This document shows, piece after piece, positions 49,166 to 58,118 of a stretch of DNA of 64,000 nt. The stretch spans positions 209,942 through 273,941 of the forward strand of contig JAXHNB010000010.1 of assembly GCA_034520945.1 (NCBI GenBank), read 5' to 3'. The DNA comes from Trueperaceae bacterium (GTDB taxonomy: Bacteria > Deinococcota > Deinococci > Deinococcales > Trueperaceae). The position numbers and the translations under genes were made by a program. The notes beneath the pieces are model-generated. The model was not told the DNA's origin, did no database searches, and saw only the letters and a program-made list of their open reading frames with translations. The stretch's first letter is position 1, and every line of letters starts with the position of its first letter.

Positions 49166-49492
49166 GTGCGCACCCGTCACGACAAGCTCATCCGCGACCG
49201 TATCCCCGAGATCATGGACGCCGAGGGCGTGCGCTACGAGACCCGGCGCCTGGACGACGCCGCGTACCGCCGGGCCCTCCGCGCGAAGTTGGTGGAGGAA
49301 GCCCAGGAGGCCGCGGCCGCCGACACGCCCGACGCCCTCCGAACCGAACTGGCGGACCTGTTGGAGGTGGTTCGGCACCTGGCGACGACCGAAGGGCTGG
49401 AGGCGGAGGCCGTAGAGGCGACGCGGGCCGCGCGCCACCGGGCGCGTGGCGGCTTCGCGCGGCGGTTGTGGCTGCATTGGACGGAACGGTGA
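49166..49492 (+). CDS. All-alpha NTP pyrophosphatase (MazG superfamily)
   Basis: KLIRDRIPEI...KLVEEAQE...ELADLLEV...RGGF; GGAGGGAGGA precedes GTG 49166. Confidence 0.85.
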   Translation: MRTRHDKLIRDRIPEIMDAEGVRYETRRLDDAAYRRALRAKLVEEAQEAAAADTPDALRTELADLLEVVRHLATTEGLEAEAVEATRAARHRARGGFARRLWLHWTER

Positions 49493-49559
49493 GGTGCGAG
49501 GCCGATTCGCGCGAAGCACATCGCGCCGCCCTACGGCTTTCGTGAAGACGACCCCGCCC

Positions 49560-49610
49560 GTACGTACGTACGCGTGCATGCAACTACGCTTGCATGCACA
49601 CGCGTGTACA
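49560..49610. repeat. Nested palindromes / alternating purine-pyrimidine tracts
   Basis: GTACGTACGTAC; GTGCATGCAA-N6-TTGCATGCAC; ACACGCGTGT. Confidence 0.7.
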
Positions 49611-49910
49611 GGCAGTCGGCGGTTGCCTGGTACGGAGGCACGAAACATCGTGCGGATCTGCCCTCTCGACCTCCGCACCGCGGCCGGCAGGAGGTGGAGG
49701 GACGCGACCGCTTCCTCGGCCATGATCTCGAAGGGAGCCTCGATCGCGCCGGGAGTGTTGAGCACGGTCTGCCCGCCGGCCGCGAGGACCCGGTGCATCT
49801 CTTCGAGCGGGCCCTGTGTCTCGGCGCCCGACCTCACGATAGGGAGAGGCGACCGATGCCGCATCCGTGCACCACGGGGGACCGAACGAGTTCGTCGCGA
49901 ACGGGGCCCC

Positions 49911-50237
49911 TCAAAGGTCGAGATGCAAACGCAGCGCATCACCGACGCGCTGCATCACGCCTGTCGACAGACGCACGAGGGGAGCGCCGACCAGGCGGGT
50001 CTTGCTTATGGTGCGGACTTGGTTCGGTTGCACCTTGCACGGCCGGTCGAGCTCCGAGTCGAGGCGCACCTCGAATGGATAGACCCGCGCCACCTTGCTG
50101 GTGATCGGCAGAACCGTGAGGGTGCTGGCGGCTCGGTTGTTCGCATCGTTGGACACGATGAGGCAAGGCCTGCGCTTGTTCGCTTCACTGCCCACGCTCG
50201 GCTCGAGATCGGCGTAGTAGACATCACCCCGACGCAT
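49911..50237 (-). CDS. mazF: MazF/PemK family toxin
   Basis: MRRGDVYYADLEPSVGSEANKRRPCLIVSND...VLPITS...QVRTISKTRL; TAATG-coupled to the antitoxin. Confidence 0.93.
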   Translation of the reverse strand: MRRGDVYYADLEPSVGSEANKRRPCLIVSNDANNRAASTLTVLPITSKVARVYPFEVRLDSELDRPCKVQPNQVRTISKTRLVGAPLVRLSTGVMQRVGDALRLHLDL

Positions 50238-50461
50238 TACCAGGCGTCCTCGGACAGGCCGTCCGCCGTAGTGGGTTCCCATGCGGAGTCGACGTCGCGG
50301 GAGGCGTCCGCATAGGCTTGCTCGAGTTCCCGTTCGCGGAGCACCTTCAAGGCGCGCTCTACGACGCTGCTCTTGGTCCGCAGTTCATGCGCGTCCCGAT
50401 ACTCCTCGAGAAACCTCGCAAGGGAGGACGGAACCGAGACGCTGATCTTCTCCTGGCTCAT
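50237..50461 (-). CDS. Ribbon-helix-helix antitoxin of the MazF module
   Basis: KISVSVP...SSVVERAL...LEQAY...WEPTTADGL. Confidence 0.85.
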   Translation of the reverse strand: MSQEKISVSVPSSLARFLEEYRDAHELRTKSSVVERALKVLRERELEQAYADASRDVDSAWEPTTADGLSEDAW

Positions 50462-50472
50462 GCTCCACATCA

Positions 50473-50495
50473 TACTACAACGAGTAGTGTACTAC
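50473..50495. promoter_or_regulatory. Alternating ACTAC/GTAGT operator half-sites beside a TATGAT -10 element
   Basis: TACTAC-aacga-GTAGT-gt-ACTAC; minus-strand TATGAT lies 7 nt before the antitoxin ATG. Confidence 0.5.
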
Positions 50496-50690
50496 GTACG
50501 TCTTGTTAAGACCACGGCCGCCCATGGCTCCGCCGAAGGTGCTACCTTTGGCTCGAGCAGGCGCTGCCTGTCCCCGCCCACATCTGGACCAGCCTCGAAA
50601 AGGCGTATCGGCACGCTCTTGCCAGAGGGGATGCGTAAGCAAAGAACCACGACGAAATAAACCTGCTCGATGCCGCGCGCAGGCTTGGTC

Positions 50691-52166
50691 TCAGCCACCG
50701 TCTCCGTGCCGCTCCAGCAGGGCTTGGGCGTGCTCGGCGCGGCCGGTGGCGCGGAGCCTCTGGACGTACCGGTCGAGCTCTCCCCGCAGGTGGTGCGGGC
50801 CCCCTTCGGCCAGCACGACGTCCAGCGGATCGCGCTCGTGGTGCGAGGTGGCCAGCATCGCGTCCCGCCACTCGGTCAGGATGGCGTCGGCGCGCCGGCA
50901 CACGTCGGGTTCGGCTGTGGCGAGGTCGTGGGTCTGGTGCGGATCGGTCCGGACGTCGAACAGCATGGCGCCTGGCATCTGTTTGAAGCCGTCGTGGTAG
51001 GTGCGGATGTACAACCAGCGGTCGAACCGCACGCTGCGCTGGCAGCTCCACGCCATTTGGCTCAGGACGAGATGATCACGGAAGGGACCCTCTTCGTTCG
51101 GACCGGCGTCGCCCGCGAAGTCGGCCGCGAACGAGCGCCCGTCCCATTCGCGTGGCACCGTTCCGCCGGCGAGCTCGATGACGGTGGCGGCCAGGTCGAT
51201 CGGGTACAGCAGTCGCTCGTCGACCTGGCCGGCCGGCAGTCGCGCCGGCCAGCGCACGATCAGCGGCACGTGACACGTCGCCTCGTCGGCGGTTTGATGG
51301 TCGCCGTAGACGTTCAGCTCTCCCTGGCTCTCGCCGTGGTCGGCCGACACGATGATCATGGTGTCGTCGAGCACGCCGGCGGTTTCCAGGGTGCGCACCA
51401 CCTGCGCCAGGTGATCGTCGAGGTAGCGGATGCTGGTGTCGTACGCGTCGATCCAGGCTCCGAAGTCGTCCAGCGTGGCGATCTCCTGGGGCACCCATGG
51501 CAGTGGGCTGCGCCAGCCGAACCAGTACAGGCTTCCGTCTCGGGCGCTCATCGGCCCGTACCCTTCTCGGTGCCGGCGCAGCAGGTCTTCGTCGAGCCAG
51601 TCGGGCCCGGGTTCGCCTTCGAATCGGTTGCCGTACGAGTCGGGCGTGCGGTAGCGCGTGTGCGGGTCCCAGTAGTTGAGGTGCAAGAACCAGTCGGGCT
51701 CCGTGGCGTGCGCGGCGAGCCAGGGAAGCGCGAGTTCGTTGACCTCCTCGGCGCGTTCGTCGCCGCTCTTGCCGGGGTCGTGCCACTCGTGGAGGCCGGC
51801 CGTGAACCACGGTGCGCCGTGGCGCTCGGGGAACGAGCTGATCGACGCAGTGCGGTGTCCTACCTCGCGCAACGCCTGGAACCACGTCAACGCGTCGGGG
51901 TGACGGTTGAAGGTGCGCAACGCGGGTGCGATCCAGGGGTCGGCGGCTCCTCCGCCGTGATTCACCGCGCCGGTGTGGATACCGAAGCGTCCCGTGCTGA
52001 TCGCGGAGCGGGCCGCGAGGCAGGGCGCGTCGCTGGCGTAGCACGACGTGAACCGGACGCCGTGACGGGCCAGCCGGTCGAGGGTCGGCGAGGTCGCGCG
52101 CGGGTATCCGTAGCACCCGAGGTGGTCGGGCCGAAGGGCGTCGACGTCGATGTACACAATGCGCAT
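50691..52166 (-). CDS. Sulfatase (CxAxR variant)
   Basis: IDVDALRPDHLGCYGY, CLAARSAISTG, WDPH, SADHGE. Confidence 0.88.
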   Translation of the reverse strand: MRIVYIDVDALRPDHLGCYGYPRATSPTLDRLARHGVRFTSCYASDAPCLAARSAISTGRFGIHTGAVNHGGGAADPWIAPALRTFNRHPDALTWFQALREVGHRTASISSFPERHGAPWFTAGLHEWHDPGKSGDERAEEVNELALPWLAAHATEPDWFLHLNYWDPHTRYRTPDSYGNRFEGEPGPDWLDEDLLRRHREGYGPMSARDGSLYWFGWRSPLPWVPQEIATLDDFGAWIDAYDTSIRYLDDHLAQVVRTLETAGVLDDTMIIVSADHGESQGELNVYGDHQTADEATCHVPLIVRWPARLPAGQVDERLLYPIDLAATVIELAGGTVPREWDGRSFAADFAGDAGPNEEGPFRDHLVLSQMAWSCQRSVRFDRWLYIRTYHDGFKQMPGAMLFDVRTDPHQTHDLATAEPDVCRRADAILTEWRDAMLATSHHERDPLDVVLAEGGPHHLRGELDRYVQRLRATGRAEHAQALLERHGDGG

Positions 52167-52179
52167 GCTTCCTCCTTTG

Positions 52180-55100
52180 CTACGGCCCGGAACGGTTCGG
52201 GTCGGTGGGTTCGGGCGCGCCCGTGCGCACGGGGGCGAGGCGGAGGCGCGCGGTGACGACGCGGTAGGGCGTCACCTCGATCCGATGCGGGTCGGGGTGG
52301 GTGGCCTCGTCGTCCTCGAGCAGCGTGGTCAGCGCCTCGATCCCCTGCGCCGTGGCGCCGATGATCGACACGGAGCCACGCGCGCCGTACGGCTCGTACA
52401 CACGCAGGAGGGGCTCGTCTGCGTCTTCGTGCAGTTTCAGTGCCGCCAGCCGCACCCTGGGGGCGTCGAGGCCGATCAGGCGCGCGCTGGCGGGCCAGCC
52501 TGCATCGCCTGCCGGCTCGACGCGCACGCATCTCAACGGGGCGTTGAGATCGTGTGCTTCGGCCACCGTGCCCGACCGCCAGTCGCCTTGGTGGGGATGG
52601 AGGGCGTACCGGAACGCGTGCTGCCCCTCGTCGGCAAGCGGATCGGGAAAGATCGGTCCGCGCAGCAGGCTGAGGCTTAGCGTTCCCCCATGGCAGGAAT
52701 ACCCGTACTTGGTGTCGGTGAGGAGGCTCACCCCGTAGTCTGCCTCGCTCAGGTCCGCCCAGCGGTGGCCGGGCACCTCGTAGCGTGCGGCATCCCAGGG
52801 CGTGTTGGCGTGCGTGGGCCTGGGCACGGCCCCGAAGGCGGTCTCGTACCATGCTTCGTGGCTGCGGACGGCGAGGGGAACGTAGGCGCGCAACAGGGTC
52901 CGCCGCTCGCGCCAGTCGATGCGGGTCGCGAACTCGAGCCGCCGTGCGCTGGCCGTGAGGCGGACGTCCTGCACCACCGTCGAGGCACCGAACCTCCGGA
53001 CCACGCGGATCGCGCCCTCGACGCCGTTGTCGAGAAGCACCGACGGTGGTTCGCTGGCGAGGAGCTCCTCCCCTTCGGCGGCGTAGTCGCGATCGATCTC
53101 CCACGCGTCGTAGTTGTCGGGCACGTCCGGATGCGCCCACAGCTGGTTGGCGCGCCCGTCCAGCACGTCGCGTTCCGCGACCTTGTCGAACAGGGCGTGG
53201 ATCGTGCCGTCGGCGCCGACGGTGGCGCGCAGGTACCGGTTCTCGAGCGTGGTGCCGTCGACGCTCACGCCCTGGCGGGCGTCGACCGCCGGCGATTCGG
53301 AGGCCGGGTGGAGGGTGAGCGACACGTAGCCGAGCCCGGGCACGATCCGATCAGGACACGCAACGACGAGCCGCCGTCCGTCGCGCGCGTGGGGAACGAT
53401 CACACCTCGCTCGTCGCGAAGCTCGACGGGCGCGTCGTCGGGCAGCGTCGTCTCGAAGGCCAGCCGCCGGTCGTCGAACGACAGGTTCCAGATCACCAGC
53501 GCGGCCTGGGCGCGGGCCCCTGGATCGACGGAGCGGCTCAGCGTGATCAGGGCCGCGTCGCGGACGTGCTGGGCCTCGTCGCGTGCCTGCGCCAGCTCGT
53601 GCTCGGCCTCTTCGGCCACGCTTCGCACCGACGAGCCCGGCAGAATGTCGTGGAACTGGTTCCGGAGCAGCGCCGTCCATGCCTGTTCCAGACGAACGCG
53701 TGGGTAGTCGCCCTCCAGCAGTTGCTGCGCCAGCGTCACCGCCGCCTCGGCTTCGACCAACTCGTGCTCGAGTCTGCGGTTGCCTGCCTTCGTGGCCGCC
53801 TGGCTGGTGTAGGTACCGCGGTGGTACTCCAGGTACTTCTCGCCTCGCCACACGGGAAGCCCGCGCCCCTCGACGTCGTCGAAGAACGAGGCGACCGTGC
53901 CGTGCCGGGTGCGCGGCATGCCCGGCAGGTGTTGGTAGGTCCGAATCGAGGCGAGCATCTCGCGCGTGGGACCGCCACCGCCGTCTCCGTACCCGTAGGT
54001 GTACAGCGAGGTGGGGTGGTGCCGCTTGCCGCGGTACGAGCGCCAGGTCGCCAGGACGCTCTCCCCCCGGGCGGTGCCGTTGTAACCCCCATCAGGATTG
54101 TCGAAGGCGTGCGCCAGCACGCGGGTGCCGTCGAGTCCCTCCCAGTGGTACAGATCGTGAGGAAAGCGGTTGGTGTCGTTCCAAGTCAACTTGGTCGTGA
54201 AGAAGTAGGGCAGGCCGCCCTGGGCGAACAGCTGCGGCAGGTTGCCGGCGTAGCCGAAGGTGTCGGGCAGCCAGGCGACGCGTGCGCGGCGGCCGAAGCG
54301 TTGCTGAAAGTACCGTTGGCCCAGGAGCAGCTGCCGTACCCACGACTCGCCGGCGGGGAGGTTTCCGTCCGGCTCGACCCAGGTGCCGCCGAGCAGTTCC
54401 CAGCGGCCCTCGTCGACGCGCTGGCGGATCTCGGCGAACGCCTCGGGGTCTTCGCGCTCGATGAACGCGTACAACTGCGGGCTCGCCTGGGCGAACACCA
54501 TGTCGGGCTCGCTCCGCAACGTCGCGAGGGCGGTACGGAACGACCGCTGGACCTTCCGTCGCGTCTCCTCGAGGGGCCACAACCACGCCAGGTCGATGTG
54601 CGTGTGGCCGACCATCGTCAGGTTTCCCTCGGGCCCCCCTAGGCTGCGAAGCTGGGCGACGGCGTCCCACAAGGACCGCTGTGCGGCATCGACGTCGCTC
54701 GGGTCGATCGGCGGTGGCACCTCGTCGGGCGATGAGGCGAAGTTCCATCCCTCCCACAGCGTGGGCAGGTCGCCGCCATCCGGAGTCGCGCCGCTTCGGA
54801 ACACGTCCTGCATGCGGGCCCGGTAGGCGGTGGCGGGGGACCTTTCGAACGGGAGCAGGGCCACGGCGGAGCGCACGGCCTCGGCCAGGCCCGCCGCGAC
54901 GGCTTCGCGCGTCGGCGCGAGCGCGATGGCGGCGTCGTGCACCGCCTCGAGCTCGCGCCATAGGGCCTCGAGCCCCACATCGACGAGGATCAGTTTCGCG
55001 CGCGTCAGGCGTGGCGCCGCGTGGCGTCGTCCGAACGGGCCGTACGGGACGGCGGTGACGTCCAGGGGCACGCGGCTCCCCGCGGCAGCGAACGCGTCGA

Positions 55101-55404
55101 GTTCGTGCTCGACGTGGTTCGGATCGAGACCCCCGACGTCGCGGTCCGCGATCCGGAGCATGGCCTCCCCGCCGACGTCGAGTTGGACGCGGATCGACGG
55201 TCCAATCCAGCCGTCCGGAACCGTCGCATGCATGCGCATGCGAACCGGATGGACGGTACTCGGCCAGGGCTCTCCGACGCGCACCTCGCCGCTACGCCCG
55301 TCGGCGCCTTCGAACAGGGCGGGTTCGAGGTCGCGCGAAGCACGAATGCGGAAGGCGGCGGCCTCGTCGAGTCGTTGTCGGAGGCGGAACGGGTCGTCGG
55401 GCAT
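52180..55404 (-). CDS. Alpha-mannosidase, glycoside hydrolase family 38
   Basis: GHTHIDLAWLW, GGTWVEPD, WLPDTFGY nucleophile motif, YGYGDGGGGP, EYHRGTYTSQ, NQFHDILPGS. Confidence 0.93.
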   Translation of the reverse strand: MPDDPFRLRQRLDEAAAFRIRASRDLEPALFEGADGRSGEVRVGEPWPSTVHPVRMRMHATVPDGWIGPSIRVQLDVGGEAMLRIADRDVGGLDPNHVEHELDAFAAAGSRVPLDVTAVPYGPFGRRHAAPRLTRAKLILVDVGLEALWRELEAVHDAAIALAPTREAVAAGLAEAVRSAVALLPFERSPATAYRARMQDVFRSGATPDGGDLPTLWEGWNFASSPDEVPPPIDPSDVDAAQRSLWDAVAQLRSLGGPEGNLTMVGHTHIDLAWLWPLEETRRKVQRSFRTALATLRSEPDMVFAQASPQLYAFIEREDPEAFAEIRQRVDEGRWELLGGTWVEPDGNLPAGESWVRQLLLGQRYFQQRFGRRARVAWLPDTFGYAGNLPQLFAQGGLPYFFTTKLTWNDTNRFPHDLYHWEGLDGTRVLAHAFDNPDGGYNGTARGESVLATWRSYRGKRHHPTSLYTYGYGDGGGGPTREMLASIRTYQHLPGMPRTRHGTVASFFDDVEGRGLPVWRGEKYLEYHRGTYTSQAATKAGNRRLEHELVEAEAAVTLAQQLLEGDYPRVRLEQAWTALLRNQFHDILPGSSVRSVAEEAEHELAQARDEAQHVRDAALITLSRSVDPGARAQAALVIWNLSFDDRRLAFETTLPDDAPVELRDERGVIVPHARDGRRLVVACPDRIVPGLGYVSLTLHPASESPAVDARQGVSVDGTTLENRYLRATVGADGTIHALFDKVAERDVLDGRANQLWAHPDVPDNYDAWEIDRDYAAEGEELLASEPPSVLLDNGVEGAIRVVRRFGASTVVQDVRLTASARRLEFATRIDWRERRTLLRAYVPLAVRSHEAWYETAFGAVPRPTHANTPWDAARYEVPGHRWADLSEADYGVSLLTDTKYGYSCHGGTLSLSLLRGPIFPDPLADEGQHAFRYALHPHQGDWRSGTVAEAHDLNAPLRCVRVEPAGDAGWPASARLIGLDAPRVRLAALKLHEDADEPLLRVYEPYGARGSVSIIGATAQGIEALTTLLEDDEATHPDPHRIEVTPYRVVTARLRLAPVRTGAPEPTDPNRSGP

Positions 55405-55432
55405 GGGTCGTCCTCTCGGGCGGGCGGGTCGC

Positions 55433-55465
55433 TTGACATCCTTCTATTTATCAAATTAACATAAC
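55433..55465 (+). promoter_or_regulatory. Divergent promoter/operator region between GH38 and ROK
   Basis: TTGACA-N18-TAACAT with an AT-rich TTAT-N9-ATAA inverted repeat. Confidence 0.55.
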
Positions 55466-55489
55466 AACAACGCATCCGAAGGGAGAACC

Positions 55490-56707
55490 ATGGCCGGCGG
55501 TAGCAACCTGACCGACGTGCAAGCCCTCAACCTACGCACCGTGTACGACGTCGTGCGCCTGGACGGGCCCATCTCGCGCGCCGAGATCGCTCGCCGCCTC
55601 GACCTGGCGGTCCCCACGATCTCGAACATCGTGCGCTCCCTTCTCGACAAAGGCCTATTGTACGAAGCGCCCGGGCCGCAGGGCGGGCGCGGCAAACGAC
55701 CGATCGCGCTGCAGGTTCGGCCCGACGGCGGTTTCGCCATCGGCCTCAACGTCGATCGCGACCGCCTGGACGGCGTGATCACCGACCTCGTCGGCACCAC
55801 CCGGCACAGGGTCCAGCGCGCCATCGGCCAGGCGCACCCGGACGAGGTCCTTCCCCACCTCCAAGACATGCACGAAGAACTCCTGAACGTCGAGGGGATC
55901 CCCCGCGACCGCATCTGGGGCACGGGCGTCGCGGTCCCTGGCCCCTTGCACGCCCGCGACGCCATGATCGAAGCGGCCGGCGACCTGTTCGAGCTACCGG
56001 GCTGGACCGGTGTCGACGTGCACGCCAGGCTCGCCGAACGGCTCGGCGAACCCGTCGCCATCGAGAACCACGCGGTCGCCGCCGCCATCGGCGAAACCTG
56101 GTGGGGCACGGGCCAGCGGCTGGACTCGTTCTTCCTCGTGTACTTCGGCCTCTACCTCGGCGGCGCGGCGGTGGTGAACGGCACGGTCGCGCGTGGCGCG
56201 ACCGGCTTCGCGAACGAGTTCGGCTCGATCCCGGTTCCCACCGCGGGCGGCGCATACGCGCCGCTCGGCACGCTGGTCTCCCTCGCCGCCTTGCTCGAGC
56301 ACCTGCACGAGGCCGGCGTGTCCCTCCGGGAGGTCGAGGAGCTCGGTGACCTCGTGAGCGACGGCAACGAGACGGTGCTGGCCTGGCTCGACGGGGCCGC
56401 CGATCGCCTCGCGCCCGCGCTCGCCACGATCGAGTGCCTGCTCGACCCCGAAGCGATCCTGTTCGGTGAGCGGTTCCCCGAGCCGCTGGTGCGCGCGCTG
56501 ATCGACCGCCTCGAGGTGCGGATGCCGTCGTTCGCGGTTCCCTACAAGCCGCGCCGCGCACGGCTCGGCGTCGGTCGCCTCGGCGGCGACGCGGCCGCGA
56601 CGGGCGCCGCGACGCTCCCGCTGTATCGCGCGCTGCACCCGGACGTCTTCGTCGCGGAGGCGATCGGCGGCTCGGGAAGGAGGAAGACCTGGCCGACCAT
56701 TCTCTGA
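55490..56707 (+). CDS. ROK family transcriptional repressor
   Basis: GPISRAEIARRLDLAVPTIS HTH, GGRGKR, GVAVPGP, IENHAVAAAIGE, NEFG. Confidence 0.9.
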   Translation: MAGGSNLTDVQALNLRTVYDVVRLDGPISRAEIARRLDLAVPTISNIVRSLLDKGLLYEAPGPQGGRGKRPIALQVRPDGGFAIGLNVDRDRLDGVITDLVGTTRHRVQRAIGQAHPDEVLPHLQDMHEELLNVEGIPRDRIWGTGVAVPGPLHARDAMIEAAGDLFELPGWTGVDVHARLAERLGEPVAIENHAVAAAIGETWWGTGQRLDSFFLVYFGLYLGGAAVVNGTVARGATGFANEFGSIPVPTAGGAYAPLGTLVSLAALLEHLHEAGVSLREVEELGDLVSDGNETVLAWLDGAADRLAPALATIECLLDPEAILFGERFPEPLVRALIDRLEVRMPSFAVPYKPRRARLGVGRLGGDAAATGAATLPLYRALHPDVFVAEAIGGSGRRKTWPTIL

Positions 56708-56749
56708 CCGATCCGTCCCACACGAAGCCCCTCCCGAAAGGACCGTCCC

Positions 56750-58042
56750 ATGAAACGACTGATGCTCGCCGCAGTACTCGCGTTCGGATTCGCCAGCGCC
56801 CAAGATCTCGTGACCCAGGACCGCATCGGCCCGAGCGACGCCCCGAACGCCATGACGTTCGCGGCCCTGGCACACTTCACGAACTCGAACGGGCTGCCCG
56901 AATTCGCCGAGGGCTTCCAGGAGGCGTACGAGGCGTTCGCGGAGGACCATCCCGATTGGCGCGTCGATATGCAGCTGATGCGGGACAACATCAACCAGGA
57001 GATGGCGCGCATCCTGGAGCAGGCGCGCGTCGGTCGCGCCCCGGCCTGCGCCACCATCGACTCGTTCCAACTGGCGCTGTTCAAGCAGCAAGGCGCGCTC
57101 CAGCCGGTCAGCGAGCACTTCACGCAGGAGCAGATCGAGGACCTGTTCCCCTACGTCCGCGACGGGATCACCGGCGAGGACGGCGAGATCTACGCCTACT
57201 GGTTCGACACCGGCCTGCGGGTCCTGTACTACCGCACCGACCTCGTGCCCGAAGCGCCCCGCACCTGGGACGAAGCGATCGAGGCCGCCGTCGCCGCGCA
57301 GGAGGCCGACCCCTCCGTCGACGGCATGCTGTTCAACGGAGGGCGGTCCGAAGGCACGTCGTTCGACTTCCTCGCCCACTTCTGGAGCCAGGGCGGCGAC
57401 CTGGTCGACAGTGAGGGACGCCCCGTGTTCGGCGAAGAACCCCACCGCACCTACCTGGCCAACGCGCTCGGCTACTACCGCGACCTGGTCGAGAGCGGCG
57501 CCGCCCCGCGCCGCGTCGCGTCGATCGCCGGCTACGACGACATGCTCGGCTCGATCCGCGCTGGCAGCGTGGCCATGATCCAGGGCGCCAGCGGCCAGTG
57601 GACGCAGATGTCCAGCGTGCTGGAAGAGGACGAGCTCGCACAGTGGGACGTGGCACTGCCGCCCGCCCGCGAGGCCGATCAGTTCGCCACCGGCACGGGC
57701 GGATGGACGATCGCCGCCCTTAGCGACGACCCCGACGAGGTCCGCGTCTGCATGGACCTGGCCAAGAGCGTCTACCGCGGCACGGCCAACAGCATCACCG
57801 GCGGGCTCCCCACGTCGGTCGAGCTGTTCGACACCATCCCCCGCTTCCAGGACGACCCGTACAGCCGCTTCGGCGAGTTCCTGGAGCACGGTCGCGCCCG
57901 CCCGGGCGTGGCGATCTACCCCGAAATCTCGAACCAGCTGCAGATCGTGATCAGCGAGATCCTCAGCGGCTCGAGCTCGATCGAGGACGCCATCGACGGC
58001 GCCGTCGAAGAGGTCGACGCCGCCTACCAGCGCTTGCAGTAA
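56750..58042 (+). CDS. Carbohydrate ABC substrate-binding protein
   Basis: Signal peptide ...ASAQ, LYYRTDL, PRTWDE, GGWT. Confidence 0.88.
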   Translation: MKRLMLAAVLAFGFASAQDLVTQDRIGPSDAPNAMTFAALAHFTNSNGLPEFAEGFQEAYEAFAEDHPDWRVDMQLMRDNINQEMARILEQARVGRAPACATIDSFQLALFKQQGALQPVSEHFTQEQIEDLFPYVRDGITGEDGEIYAYWFDTGLRVLYYRTDLVPEAPRTWDEAIEAAVAAQEADPSVDGMLFNGGRSEGTSFDFLAHFWSQGGDLVDSEGRPVFGEEPHRTYLANALGYYRDLVESGAAPRRVASIAGYDDMLGSIRAGSVAMIQGASGQWTQMSSVLEEDELAQWDVALPPAREADQFATGTGGWTIAALSDDPDEVRVCMDLAKSVYRGTANSITGGLPTSVELFDTIPRFQDDPYSRFGEFLEHGRARPGVAIYPEISNQLQIVISEILSGSSSIEDAIDGAVEEVDAAYQRLQ

Positions 58043-58118
58043 CGCCGACCTGCGGGGGCCGTGCTGCGCCACCAGCGGCCCCCGCCCTCCTCCGCCCCCT
58101 CTCCTCCGGAGCTCGCCG

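Noticed and set aside
47390..49492. 700-aa ORF suggesting a natural HNH-MazG fusion protein
   Set aside because: The fusion depends on one extra G at ~48974. The corrected HNH ends at 49142, and the MazG-like gene has its own strong RBS and GTG.
49166..50461. mazEF next to a MazG-like gene as an E. coli-style mazEFG operon
   Set aside because: The genes are convergent, ~420 nt apart, and the pyrophosphatase is a short single-domain type coupled to the HNH genes.
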